Part shown: one piece after another, positions 37,142 through 46,204 of the stretch
Layout of the letters: the number at the start of each line of letters is the position of its first letter
Position numbering within the stretch: the first letter of the stretch is position 1
Source of the DNA: Polyangiaceae bacterium
GTDB lineage: Bacteria; Myxococcota_A; Polyangia; Polyangiales; Polyangiaceae
Length of the DNA: 50,281 bases
Assembly (NCBI GenBank): GCA_050287085.1
Contig: JBNKBE010000032.1
Coordinates: 1 to 50,281 of the forward strand
Direction of reading: 5' to 3'
The notes under the pieces: generated by a model
The model's input: the letters and a program-made list of their open reading frames with translations, nothing else
The model's database searches: none
What the model was told of the DNA's origin: nothing
Translations under genes and position numbers: made by a program

Positions 37142-38514
37142 CCAGTGGCCTCGCTTGGGTTGGCCTTGTTTCGGTTGGGCTCGCTTGGCGTGGGCTCGCT
37201 TGGCGTGGGCTCGTTTGGATTCGAGTGCCGCACGCTGGGAACGGGTTCGTGTGGTAGGCGAATGTGAACGGTGGTGCCCTCCCCCGTTTGGGACTCTACC
37301 AGGACCTCACCACCGTGCAACTTGACGACAGTTCCGTACACTAGAGAGAGACCCTGACCCGTGCCCTTTCCCAGTGGCTTGGTCGTGAAGAAGGGATCGA
37401 AGATGCGGTGCCGGTGCTCGGGTGGGATGCCAACGCCGGTGTCTCGAATTGTGATGTAGACGCCTGCACTATCCGAGTGCGCTGATACTTCGATCGTTCC
37501 CCATTCCCCATCTTCACGCGCTGCGACCGCGTGTGCCGCATTGACAATGAGGTTGAGGAGCGCGCGGCGTAACTCATCGGGATAACACAAGACGTCGTCG
37601 ACGTTTCGCGCCTCCACCAAAGACGCCGTTGCAACGTGTTTCCACTCGTTGCGAGAGAGCACCAATGCGTCCTCGATCAGTGCACCAAGCGCTACGCGTG
37701 CCAACTTGCCCTCGCTAGGATGGGAGAAGTCGTTCATAGCGCGTACTATCTCGGCGACGCGACGAGCGCCATCTAGCGCTTGTTCAACGGCGCTTGCGAC
37801 CTCTGTACGGTAGAACTGAACAGACTCTGGTGGCAGGGTCAATGCTAGCTCGCGGGCAGTGGCCGTCTCACCTTTTTGCAGATGCACACATACATCTAGC
37901 GCCACCTTCATAACTTGCGCCGCGTCTCCAAGAAACGTCAGGTTGTCGTGGACGAACTGCATTGGCGTGTTGATTTCGTGAGCGATGCCCGCCGCAAGCT
38001 GCCCGATAGACTCCATCTTGTTGGCTTGTTCTAGCCGCTGCTCATACCGCTGGCGCTCGAGGGCGTTACGACGGCGTTCCGATGCGCCGTTGAGTTCTCG
38101 TTCGAGCACTGAGTTCAGCCGTTGCAGGCGCTCCTTGGAAACAAAGTCCGCGGCGCCTAGCCGCATGACCTCGACGGCCGCGTCCTCTCCGGCATAGCCG
38201 GACAAGACCACGACCGGCACATCCATTTGCAGCTGCTTGAGCGTTCCCAGAACCAGGCTGGGAGACAGCAATATCAAGGAGTAGTCGCAGAGTACGATGT
38301 CCCAATCTTTTTCTGCAACCGCGCGTCGAAAGGCCTCGAAGGATTCAACCCGCTCATAGGACATGACGGGGTAGGTGTGAGCCACGTGCTGTATCAGGAT
38401 CTGGCTATCCACCTCGGAGTCGTCGACCAGCAACAGACGGAGCCGCCCGTCGTCGGCGCGGCTCGAACTTGGAAGTGGCATCTGTTGCACAGCCATCTTG
38501 TCCCCTAACGGCAC
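37138..38514 (-). CDS. REC-HisKA-HATPase histidine kinase
   Basis: REC (LLLVDDSEVD, VLCDYSL), H-box GIAHEINTP, NLIVNAAHA, DTGVGI, FFTTKPLGKGTGQGL. Start may be 38496. Confidence 0.9.
   Translation of the reverse strand: MPLGDKMAVQQMPLPSSSRADDGRLRLLLVDDSEVDSQILIQHVAHTYPVMSYERVESFEAFRRAVAEKDWDIVLCDYSLILLSPSLVLGTLKQLQMDVPVVVLSGYAGEDAAVEVMRLGAADFVSKERLQRLNSVLERELNGASERRRNALERQRYEQRLEQANKMESIGQLAAGIAHEINTPMQFVHDNLTFLGDAAQVMKVALDVCVHLQKGETATARELALTLPPESVQFYRTEVASAVEQALDGARRVAEIVRAMNDFSHPSEGKLARVALGALIEDALVLSRNEWKHVATASLVEARNVDDVLCYPDELRRALLNLIVNAAHAVAAREDGEWGTIEVSAHSDSAGVYITIRDTGVGIPPEHRHRIFDPFFTTKPLGKGTGQGLSLVYGTVVKLHGGEVLVESQTGEGTTVHIRLPHEPVPSVRHSNPNEPTPSEPTPSEPNRNKANPSEATG
37146..37220 (-). repeat. 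Degenerate 15-bp coding tandem repeat (EPTPS-like units) in the kinase tail
   Basis: tgggctcgcttggcg x2 plus diverged flanking copies. Confidence 0.75.
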
Positions 38515-38842
38515 AAAACCCTTGAGCCTGAACCGTCGGCGTCGAAGAGTCGCGACTCAACCACTACTACGGAGCCCGCAATACCTCGCCTGCACCATTT
38601 GATGGTTCGGACGGACCTATGCGGAACGACCGGTAGGGTCCAGGCGCGCCACCTGGCTGCCGTCTGCGCTCTCAGGGCCCGCGAATGGGAAAGTCACACT
38701 ACGCCGGCCGCCCCCCTGGCTTGGCGGGCGGGCTCGTCGCTGCAAAGCGCCGAGCAAATGTGCGCGAACGTAGCAGTATCGGGGCGCCCACCCCCTTTGG
38801 GCGGTCGTCGGCTTCGGGCGCGGCCGCGATGCCGCGACGGTG

Positions 38843-40294
38843 TTAGGTAGCAGGGGGGCGGGCTCGGCCGCCGGCTCTTCGGGGGCGCTTGTCCACCCCG
38901 GAGGGGGCTTTTGCGTTTCTCGGGGCGGCGGGGCCGTGCGGTCCGGGGCGGGTTTCGCCACCATTGGCCCGAGCTCCCTGCTGTCCGCGCGCGGCGCTTC
39001 GCCCGCGCGCTCCGGCTCCGCCTCGTCCGCCACGAGCGGGACGTCCAGGATCCCCCTTCGGCTTTTGGCTATGTCGCTTGCGCGACGTCAGATCCGTGTC
39101 CGGGGGCGGGGGCTCGGCGGGGGGATAGGGGTGTGATGTATCACGCGGTATGTTGAGCGCGATCAGCTTCTCGATATCTTCGAGGAATGCGCGTTCTTCA
39201 TATTCGCAGAAGGAGAAGGCTTTGCCCTCTCGCCCGGCTCGCGCCGTTCGACCGATGCGGTGTACATAGGTCTCTGGGACGTTCGGGATGTCGTAGTTGA
39301 TGACGTGTGTGACGCCGTCGACGTCGATGCCGCGAGCCGCAATATCGGTTGCCACGAGCACGCCCAATTCGCCGGAGCGGAATCCGTAGAGAGCCCGCGT
39401 CCGTGCTCCTTGACTCTTGTTGCCATGGATTGCGGCGGCCGGGATCTGTGCCCTGTCCAGGGTCTTGACGATGCGATTGGCACCATGTTTCGTTCGGCTG
39501 AACACCAGTACACGCTCGCACTCGGGCGCGCGTAGCTTTTCGATGAGGAGCTGCGGCTTGTCGCCCTTGTCGATGAAGTAAACGGTCTGCGCGATCTTCT
39601 CCGCGGTAGACGACACAGGATCGACACTGACGAAGACCGGCTCCGACAGCAGACTGTCGGCCAAACCTCGGATCTCCGCGGGCATGGTGGCGCTGAAGAA
39701 GAGCGTTTGCCGCTTACGCGGAAGCGCCTGGGTTATCCTGCGCACATCGTTGATGAACCCCATGTCCAGCATGCGGTCCGCCTCATCTAGGACAAACACT
39801 TCAATCGCGCTGAGATCCACGAAACCACGCGACATCAGATCGAGCAGGCGCCCCGGAGTGGCCACCAGAATGTCGAGGCCTTCTTTCAACGCTCGGATCT
39901 GTGGCTTCTCGTTGACGCCGCCGAAGATCACGGCGTGCCAGAGGTCCAATCCCTTGCCGTAGGTCGTCAGACTCTCGCCGATTTGGGCGGCAAGCTCGCG
40001 GGTGGGCGTCAAGATCAGGGCGCGAATCTTCGGGTCATCCCCAGCGGATTGATCGATGCGCTGCAGCACGGGCAGTGAGAAGGCGGCAGTCTTGCCGGTC
40101 CCGGTTTGTGCGCAACCCAGGATGTCCCGCCCTTCGAGTGCAGGGGGGATAGCGGATGCTTGGATTGGCGTTGGAGTCTCGTACCCCGCCGCGGCCACGG
40201 CCTTTTGTAGTGGCGCAATCAACTTCAGTTCGGTGAAAAGCACACGCGGCAGGTCGCACAGTAGGGGCTCAGGGTAAAGGCCTAACTTTGCCAT
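38843..40294 (-). CDS. DEAD-box ATP-dependent RNA helicase (RhlE-like)
   Basis: [48 protein letters not shown]; basic Gly/Arg tail. The true start is probably GTG 40243. Confidence 0.95.
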   Translation of the reverse strand: MAKLGLYPEPLLCDLPRVLFTELKLIAPLQKAVAAAGYETPTPIQASAIPPALEGRDILGCAQTGTGKTAAFSLPVLQRIDQSAGDDPKIRALILTPTRELAAQIGESLTTYGKGLDLWHAVIFGGVNEKPQIRALKEGLDILVATPGRLLDLMSRGFVDLSAIEVFVLDEADRMLDMGFINDVRRITQALPRKRQTLFFSATMPAEIRGLADSLLSEPVFVSVDPVSSTAEKIAQTVYFIDKGDKPQLLIEKLRAPECERVLVFSRTKHGANRIVKTLDRAQIPAAAIHGNKSQGARTRALYGFRSGELGVLVATDIAARGIDVDGVTHVINYDIPNVPETYVHRIGRTARAGREGKAFSFCEYEERAFLEDIEKLIALNIPRDTSHPYPPAEPPPPDTDLTSRKRHSQKPKGDPGRPARGGRGGAGARGRSAARGQQGARANGGETRPGPHGPAAPRNAKAPSGVDKRPRRAGGRARPPAT

Positions 40295-40459
40295 TCGGTC
40301 TCACCCCGTGTCGTTGCGTGGTGCCAGAATGCTCCTTCGCGGCGAAGAGGTGTGTCATTATTGGCTCTTCTACCCGCGACAACACGTCACCGCCGGGCCG
40401 TTTTTTCGACTCAATTTTCGCGCTAGCGTTGGGTGCGGCCACGGCTCTATGCTAGGCCC

Positions 40460-41353
40460 ATGCACCTGTACGCGCTCGATCAAGCCGACGGGAGTCTTGA
40501 GCTCTTGCCGATGGCTGCGCGCCGTGCGTTGGACAAGGCCGGCGTCAAGTTGGGGCTCGCCGAATGGCAGAAGGCGAGCCATGCCCTACGTTCTCGCTTG
40601 GTGGAGCTCGGTTCCCAGACGGCCGTAGACAGCGACGCAGTGCGCGTCACTTTGGGGCCCATAGCACGCGTTTTGTCCCCCATCGCTCCGGTGACGGAAC
40701 CCCCAGCTCATGCGGTTCCGGACGCAGTGCGAGCCGCTTTCGGCCCTGAGCGACCGATCCCGGACGCTACGTGGACGGCGCTTTCCGCTCTCGATCGCTA
40801 TGTGTTGTGGAAGGTGGCTGGGAAGGCCAGGCCAGAGCGATTACAGGCCGCCTACGATGAAATCGTGGGTGCGTCGGCCATTTCCACCCATCTGGAGCCT
40901 CGAGGTGGCGTGCGGATGGTCGATGTCGCCGCAAAAGCGGTCACTCATCGCACGGCCGTGGCGGTGTCGCGGGTGTTGTTGAGCCCCGAGGCATTTTCAA
41001 AGTTGCACGACAACCCGAAGGGTGACGTGCTCGCGACCGCGCGGCTTGCGGGCATCATGGCGGGAAAGAAGACCTCGGAACTGATCCCTCTGTGTCACCC
41101 CTTACCCCTTACCAAGCTATCGGTGGAGCTGGAACCGCTGGCGGCGTCCAGAGAAGTGTTGGTGCGTGCCCGCGTTGAGTGCATTGCGCGCACCGGTGTC
41201 GAGATGGAGGCTCTCACGGCGGCCTCCGTGGCGGCCTTGACGCTCTACGACATGCTCAAAGCTTTCGACAAGGGCATCGTGATAGGGCCTACCCAGCTGG
41301 AAGCCAAGACCGGAGGCCGCTCTGGGGACTACACGCGGCCGAAGTCGTCGTAG
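40460..41353 (+). CDS. moaC: Cyclic pyranopterin monophosphate synthase MoaC with an N-terminal nitrate-reductase-associated (NarM-like) domain
   Basis: C-terminal half: STHL...RMVDVAAK, KGDVL, LIPLCHP, GVEMEAL, LYDMLKA, KTGGRSG. N-terminal half: LELLPMAARRALDKAGVKLGLAEWQ...W..LS.LDRYVLWK. Confidence 0.88.
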   Translation: MHLYALDQADGSLELLPMAARRALDKAGVKLGLAEWQKASHALRSRLVELGSQTAVDSDAVRVTLGPIARVLSPIAPVTEPPAHAVPDAVRAAFGPERPIPDATWTALSALDRYVLWKVAGKARPERLQAAYDEIVGASAISTHLEPRGGVRMVDVAAKAVTHRTAVAVSRVLLSPEAFSKLHDNPKGDVLATARLAGIMAGKKTSELIPLCHPLPLTKLSVELEPLAASREVLVRARVECIARTGVEMEALTAASVAALTLYDMLKAFDKGIVIGPTQLEAKTGGRSGDYTRPKSS

Positions 41354-41380
41354 TGGGTGGTCGAAGCGTTGGAGCTGGCT

Positions 41381-41857
41381 ATGGGTGAAAGCAAGCACAA
41401 GCGGTTTGAGGTCGTTGCGGGTCCGCTTTCGGTGGATGCTTGTCAGCGCTTGGTGTCCCGACCGGAGGCGGGAGCCGTCGCTCTTTTTGTCGGAACCGTG
41501 CGAAACCACAATCAAGGGCAAGACGTCGCTCGCCTCGAGTACGAAGCCTATGCCTCCATGGCGGAGAAAGAGATGGCCCGCATCGCCGAGGAGCTTCTTG
41601 CCAAATACGTCGGGGTGCAGCTGGCTTGCCAGCACCGGGTTGGCCTCCTCGAGGTGGGTGATGCGGCTGTTGTGTGCGCGGCCAGCGCTGCACATCGTGG
41701 TCCGGCGTTTTCCGCGTGTCGTGAATTCATCGATTGCCTCAAGGCTCGAGTTCCCGTTTGGAAACGTGAACATGGGCAAGCGGGTCCGTATTGGGTTGGG
41801 TGGGAGGACGCTCGCGTCGGTGCCGAAGGCGAGTCAAGTTCAGAGCCGCAGCGGTAG
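41381..41857 (+). CDS. moaE: Molybdopterin synthase catalytic subunit MoaE
   Basis: GAVALFVGTVR, LEYEAY..MA, HRVGLLEVGD, SAAHR, LKARVPVWKRE. ATG 41381 follows GGAG. Confidence 0.93.
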   Translation: MGESKHKRFEVVAGPLSVDACQRLVSRPEAGAVALFVGTVRNHNQGQDVARLEYEAYASMAEKEMARIAEELLAKYVGVQLACQHRVGLLEVGDAAVVCAASAAHRGPAFSACREFIDCLKARVPVWKREHGQAGPYWVGWEDARVGAEGESSSEPQR

Positions 41858-41877
41858 CGCGGGGTGATGGTGATGAT

Positions 41878-42492
41878 TCAAGCGGGGAAGCGCCGGATGT
41901 CTTCTGGTGTGTCCCAGTCTTGCAACGCGTGCGCTTCGCCCGCCGGCAGAGTTATGCGTGCTGCGTTCATCGCGACGAGCAGACGGCGCACGCTGTGCTG
42001 TGATTGAGCGAGCGCGCGCTCAACGAATTGAAGCGCGTCCGTCGGGCGGTAGGCGGCGCACAAGGGCTCGAGTTCCGCTCCGCGAGCGTACGCAAGGGCG
42101 GACTTTAGCGGGTGCGTCAGCAGGCTTTGGAACATCGGGACGCTGACATGTGGCATGTCTCCAGCGACGGTCAGCACCCGTGAAGCGTTGGAATAGGAGA
42201 GCAGCAGCGCGTGCAAGCCCCCCATCGGGCCGACCCCCGGGGGGGCGTCAGGCAAACGCTGGTAGGTCAGAGCTTCAAACTCGGGTTGCCCTCCCAGCAG
42301 TACGACGTGGCCCGCTGGGGCCACGGAGCGAAAACGCTCTGCAAGCGTTTGAACGATGGGGCGTCCCGTGCGGGTGGGCAACAGGCCTTTGACAACATGA
42401 CCCATCCTCTTGCCTTCACCTCCAACGAAGATGCCCAGCACAGGGGGGGGAGCGGGCGCGCTGGGGAAATCAGGGTCGTCGGGCGTCAACAC
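41878..42492 (-). CDS. mobA: Molybdenum cofactor guanylyltransferase MobA-like
   Basis: VGGEGKRMG..KGLL, GPMGGL, AGDMP, EPLCAAY, DWDTPED. Confidence 0.85.
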   Translation of the reverse strand: MLTPDDPDFPSAPAPPPVLGIFVGGEGKRMGHVVKGLLPTRTGRPIVQTLAERFRSVAPAGHVVLLGGQPEFEALTYQRLPDAPPGVGPMGGLHALLLSYSNASRVLTVAGDMPHVSVPMFQSLLTHPLKSALAYARGAELEPLCAAYRPTDALQFVERALAQSQHSVRRLLVAMNAARITLPAGEAHALQDWDTPEDIRRFPA

Positions 42493-42512
42493 TCAAGTCC
42501 TTCCGAGCCCAC

Positions 42513-43721
42513 TCAGAGGTCTGCGAGACGCAACACCGACACGCGACTCCCCGCGGGGAGGTCTCCGGACTCTTCGGGTACAACCGCCAGGGCATCGGCC
42601 CACGCAAGCGATCCAGCGGAGCCCGAGCTCTGATTTCCGTCCGGGAACGCTCTGTTGCCTCGCAAGTGCACGCGATAGAAGCCCAGTCGCCCGGGTGTAT
42701 GGGAGAGCGCGCTTTCCAGCACTGCCATCCGCTCTTCTGGGAAGATCCGCGGCTGGCCTTGCATGGCCCTCAGCAACGGCATTCCGAAGAGGCAAAAGGT
42801 CAGCTGGGCACTCACTGGGTTGCCAGGAAGGCCTAGAATTAGCGTTCTAGCTGCGGATCCGAAGGCAATTGGCTTACCGGGCTTGATTCGCACCTTCGAG
42901 AACTCTAGCTGAACACCCACTCGTGATAGGGCTGTTCGGACGACGTCATGGTCGCCCACGCTTATGCCGCCAATGGTGACCACGAGATCGCTGTCGTTGA
43001 TGGCGTCGGCCAGTGCTTTCACCGTGTTGTCTTCATTGTCGCCAACGTGAGCGACGCGGGTCACTTGCGCACCAGCTCGGTCGCAAAGGCCTGACAGTGC
43101 GATGGTATTCGATTCCGCGAGCATTCCGGCCGGGCCCTTGGTACCCGGTGCTCTTAGCTCGTCGCCTGTTGCAATCAGCGCGACTCGAGGGCGGGCTGAG
43201 ACGTTTACCTCGGTCATGTCGAGGGCGGCGAGCAGGCTCAAAGCGAATGGCGTGAGCACCGCTCCGGCCTCGAGCGCAACCGCCCCTTCCTGCAGTTCAC
43301 TTCCGGCGCGGCGCACGTTCTGAAACGGGTGGATTGGGCCTTCGAAGCGGATACCGTGTTCCGTCCGCTCGCACTTCTCTTGGATGACAACAGCGTCAGC
43401 CCCTGGGGGCAGCACGGCCCCGGTGAAGATGCGACAAGCCTTGTCCGCGGCCAGCATGCCGAGGGGGACGCCCGCCCGGCTTTCGCCCTCAACGGTCAGT
43501 TCGAATAGACCCGCACTGCTAGCATCGCGGGAACTCAGGGCATAACCGTCCATGGCGCTTGCGTCGAAGGGGGGAAGCGGGGCCGGTGATACAACGCTCT
43601 CGAATAGGGTGCGCGATCGCGCTTCGGTCAGTGGCACTTGCTCTGACCCAACCCGCGAAGCGCGAGCCACGATACGCTCGCGTGCCTCGAGAAAGCTAAG
43701 GTTGGACTGGGCGTGGTTCAT
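42513..43721 (-). CDS. moeA: Molybdopterin molybdotransferase MoeA (Glp)
   Basis: PPFDASAMDGYA, IFTGAVLPPGADAVV, ATGDEL, GGISVGDHD, IKPGKP, GLPGNPVS, QSSG. Confidence 0.96.
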   Translation of the reverse strand: MNHAQSNLSFLEARERIVARASRVGSEQVPLTEARSRTLFESVVSPAPLPPFDASAMDGYALSSRDASSAGLFELTVEGESRAGVPLGMLAADKACRIFTGAVLPPGADAVVIQEKCERTEHGIRFEGPIHPFQNVRRAGSELQEGAVALEAGAVLTPFALSLLAALDMTEVNVSARPRVALIATGDELRAPGTKGPAGMLAESNTIALSGLCDRAGAQVTRVAHVGDNEDNTVKALADAINDSDLVVTIGGISVGDHDVVRTALSRVGVQLEFSKVRIKPGKPIAFGSAARTLILGLPGNPVSAQLTFCLFGMPLLRAMQGQPRIFPEERMAVLESALSHTPGRLGFYRVHLRGNRAFPDGNQSSGSAGSLAWADALAVVPEESGDLPAGSRVSVLRLADL

Positions 43722-44004
43722 AGGACTGTGCAGTATTCATCAGTTCAGCACGTCTTTCAACTCGCGGTGGAGCGACGCAAAGAGCGGAGCTGGATCGAGC
43801 GTTGCCTTCTTTGGCGAGGCGTCTTGGAATGAAGGCCGCGCGGCGCGGGTATTGAGCTACTTCAATCTTCTGGGCTGCTGAGATCGCGTTTCGGGGCCCC
43901 AATGGGTTTCGCCTGTGGCGCGGAAGAAAGCGGCCGGGCCGGTAGTATGTGGCTATGGTATTGTACCGTGTCGTCCTCGGCGGCACTGCCATTGGGACAT
44001 CGCT

Positions 44005-45849
44005 ATGAATTATCAACAAGGCGCGCCTGCGCTCGACAGGGCCAAAACCTCCCGCCTGCACGGTCGCTCCGTGAACCTGTGTCTGGCCGGATTGAGCTTT
44101 CTCCTCGTCCTGGCGTGTGCTCCGACGCTTGCGGCAGGTGCGCCGCCCGAAGCCGCGCCGCCCGAAGCCGCGCCGCCCACACCCAACCGGATTCTGATAG
44201 CGCCCAGCGGGGCCGTCGGCGAAGCGCCGATGCCGCCAGGCTCCGATGCTGAGGCAGTGGGCTCGAGGCCAGCCAACGACTCGGAAACGATAGACGCGGA
44301 GCCCATGCCCTTGCCGGAGAACGAGGCCGAGGCTGAGGACGAATTCTATTTCACCGGAGCGGATGGTATTCCGCGCGATGAGAGCGGAGCCCCACTTGCT
44401 TCGCCTCCGGTTGGGCAGAACGCACAAGCAGACGCGGATGTGGCTGACGAGGAGGTCGCAGATACCGACCCCAGCGCGCTGACGGATTTTCGAGCCGAGC
44501 TGGACGCCTATGGGCGTTGGGTGGACCATCCCGAATACGGCACGGTTTGGGTGCCGGACGAATCAGCTGTGGGAACGGACTTTGCGCCCTACGTGACACG
44601 CGGACGATGGCGTCTCAACACTTCCAACGCCTGGGTCTGGGACAGCAGCTATCCCTTCGGTTGGGTCGTTTTCCACTATGGTCGCTGGGCCTACGTTCCG
44701 AGCTATGGCTGGAGCTGGTTTCCGGGGCGGCGTTATGCACCAGCCTGGGTGACCTTTAGGGTGTTTCCTGGTGGCGGCAGCTACATCGGCTGGGCCCCAC
44801 TATCCCCTGCCTTCTATTGGCGGGGCGGGAGCGCCGTCTTCTTTGGGAGCGCCTTTGCCTCGAGTTGGGTGTTCTGTCCGTCGCGCTACGTGTTCTCGGG
44901 CAGTCCGCGTTCACACCTCGTGCGCGAGCGCTACCGGGTGCGAAAACTGGCCAGTGGCACCCGTCCTTTGCCGTTGAGTCGGGCACGCAGGCCTATCAGT
45001 CCTGCTACGCGTGCGCTTGGAGCTTTTGGAGGGAACATACCCAAGACGCGAATCAGTGGCGATCCGAGGGCCTTGGCTGCACGCCGCTTCCGAGGTCGCT
45101 TGGGTGCGGCTTCTTCGGGGGCTGGCCCGCAAGGACGGCTCCAGGCGGCAAGCGGCATGCCGTCGCTGGTTAGGGCTTCCAACCAGGACCGCAGGGCAAC
45201 GCGCCTGGCCTCGGGGCGCGTCATGCCGCCCACCAAAACCGTCGCGTCGCGTGTCGGTCGCGTAGCGAGCGTCAGCCATGCAACACGTAGCGCGCTTCCT
45301 CAGACGCGGTTCCGCTCGAGCACAGGCCGTCCGGCGCGCAATTCCATCACGGCTTCTCGAGCGGCGCTTCGCAGCTGGGCCCGACAGGCCAGCACGCGTC
45401 GAGCCAGCGCCAATGCCGGAGCTCCGGGGGCGGGTAGAGTCGCTCCGATCGTGTCGGCTCGCCCTTCCAATCGCGGTGGGAATTCCTCCCATCGCGTGAA
45501 CTCGTCGATCGTTTCCGCCGGAAGGGGGGCGTCGACCGTGGTTCGGCGTTCATCCGCGCGTCGGAGCGCACAGGGGCCGCAGATCGTTCGTCAAAGGGCT
45601 TCTTCTGGTCGTGTCGCAACGCCGGCTGCTGCGACCCGGGTGCGCGGCGCGCTTAGGTCGGGACAGTCCACGGGCGCTCGTCCTGCACTGAAGCGTGCTG
45701 CCTCACGCCCTGCGTCGCGCGCCCGTCCGGCCACCGTCCGCTCGCTTCCCGCCGCGGCCGCTCGCGTTCCGCGTAGCGCCGCGCGCGTGCGCCCTGCCCG
45801 TTCCTACCGCACCTCGGGAGGAGGGCGTCGTGGGGGCTCGCAGCGCTGA
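44005..45849 (+). CDS. Secreted DUF6600-like protein (aromatic YG/WG repeats) with a long Arg/Ser/Ala-rich tail
   Basis: Signal peptide, acidic linker, LDAYGRWVDHPEYGTVWVP...FAPY..GRW...PFGWVVFHYGRW...YAPAWV...IGWAPL. Start uncertain (ORF opens at 43915). Confidence 0.8.
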   Translation: MNYQQGAPALDRAKTSRLHGRSVNLCLAGLSFLLVLACAPTLAAGAPPEAAPPEAAPPTPNRILIAPSGAVGEAPMPPGSDAEAVGSRPANDSETIDAEPMPLPENEAEAEDEFYFTGADGIPRDESGAPLASPPVGQNAQADADVADEEVADTDPSALTDFRAELDAYGRWVDHPEYGTVWVPDESAVGTDFAPYVTRGRWRLNTSNAWVWDSSYPFGWVVFHYGRWAYVPSYGWSWFPGRRYAPAWVTFRVFPGGGSYIGWAPLSPAFYWRGGSAVFFGSAFASSWVFCPSRYVFSGSPRSHLVRERYRVRKLASGTRPLPLSRARRPISPATRALGAFGGNIPKTRISGDPRALAARRFRGRLGAASSGAGPQGRLQAASGMPSLVRASNQDRRATRLASGRVMPPTKTVASRVGRVASVSHATRSALPQTRFRSSTGRPARNSITASRAALRSWARQASTRRASANAGAPGAGRVAPIVSARPSNRGGNSSHRVNSSIVSAGRGASTVVRRSSARRSAQGPQIVRQRASSGRVATPAAATRVRGALRSGQSTGARPALKRAASRPASRARPATVRSLPAAAARVPRSAARVRPARSYRTSGGGRRGGSQR

Positions 45850-46130
45850 CGGCGTGAGCCGTGGTTTGAGCCCCAAGATCCAGACGGCTGGCTCAGCACT
45901 GGCGCGCTTCCGTTGCCGGTGGAATCTGCTTGGAACCGATGCCACGAGGGATCGGCGACCCAGCAACTAGAGAGAGCGCCGATCAAAGTGGCCAAAACAG
46001 CAGCATCGGGGCGGCCCCATCCTTGGGGTCGACGCGATGCTGCCGCGTTTTCACGTTCGGTCCCATGCCCTCGGGGATGGGGCCCGCCGCGCTGGGGTCG
46101 GGCTCTTTGGCCAACCATTCCGTTCGGCTT

Positions 46131-46159
46131 TTAGCATGAGCTGGCAGGGTTGCTATGGT
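46131..46159 (+). promoter_or_regulatory. Putative sigma70-type promoter for prkA (TTAGCA-17 nt-TATGGT with extended TG)
   Basis: ttagca at 46131-46136, TGc-TATGGT at 46151-46159, GGAGG at 46196-46200. Confidence 0.4.
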
Positions 46160-46204
46160 TAGGCACCGTGACGCCGGTGCGTCGCGCAAGCAATTGGAGG
46201 CCCG

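Noticed and set aside
38547..38558. 12-bp palindrome gagtcgcgactc upstream of the REC-kinase gene
   Set aside because: Short, GC-rich and single-copy in the window, so it could easily arise by chance.
43722..44004. Moco riboswitch upstream of moeA (also checked upstream of moaA and moaC)
   Set aside because: No recognisable Moco RNA motif by eye; an Infernal/Rfam scan would settle it.
43696..44529. 277-aa minus-strand ORF and similar long antisense ORFs (e.g. 5520..6233, 7701..8453, 34864..35742, 46622..47401)
   Set aside because: These are shadow ORFs opposite well-supported genes, as expected in high-GC DNA.
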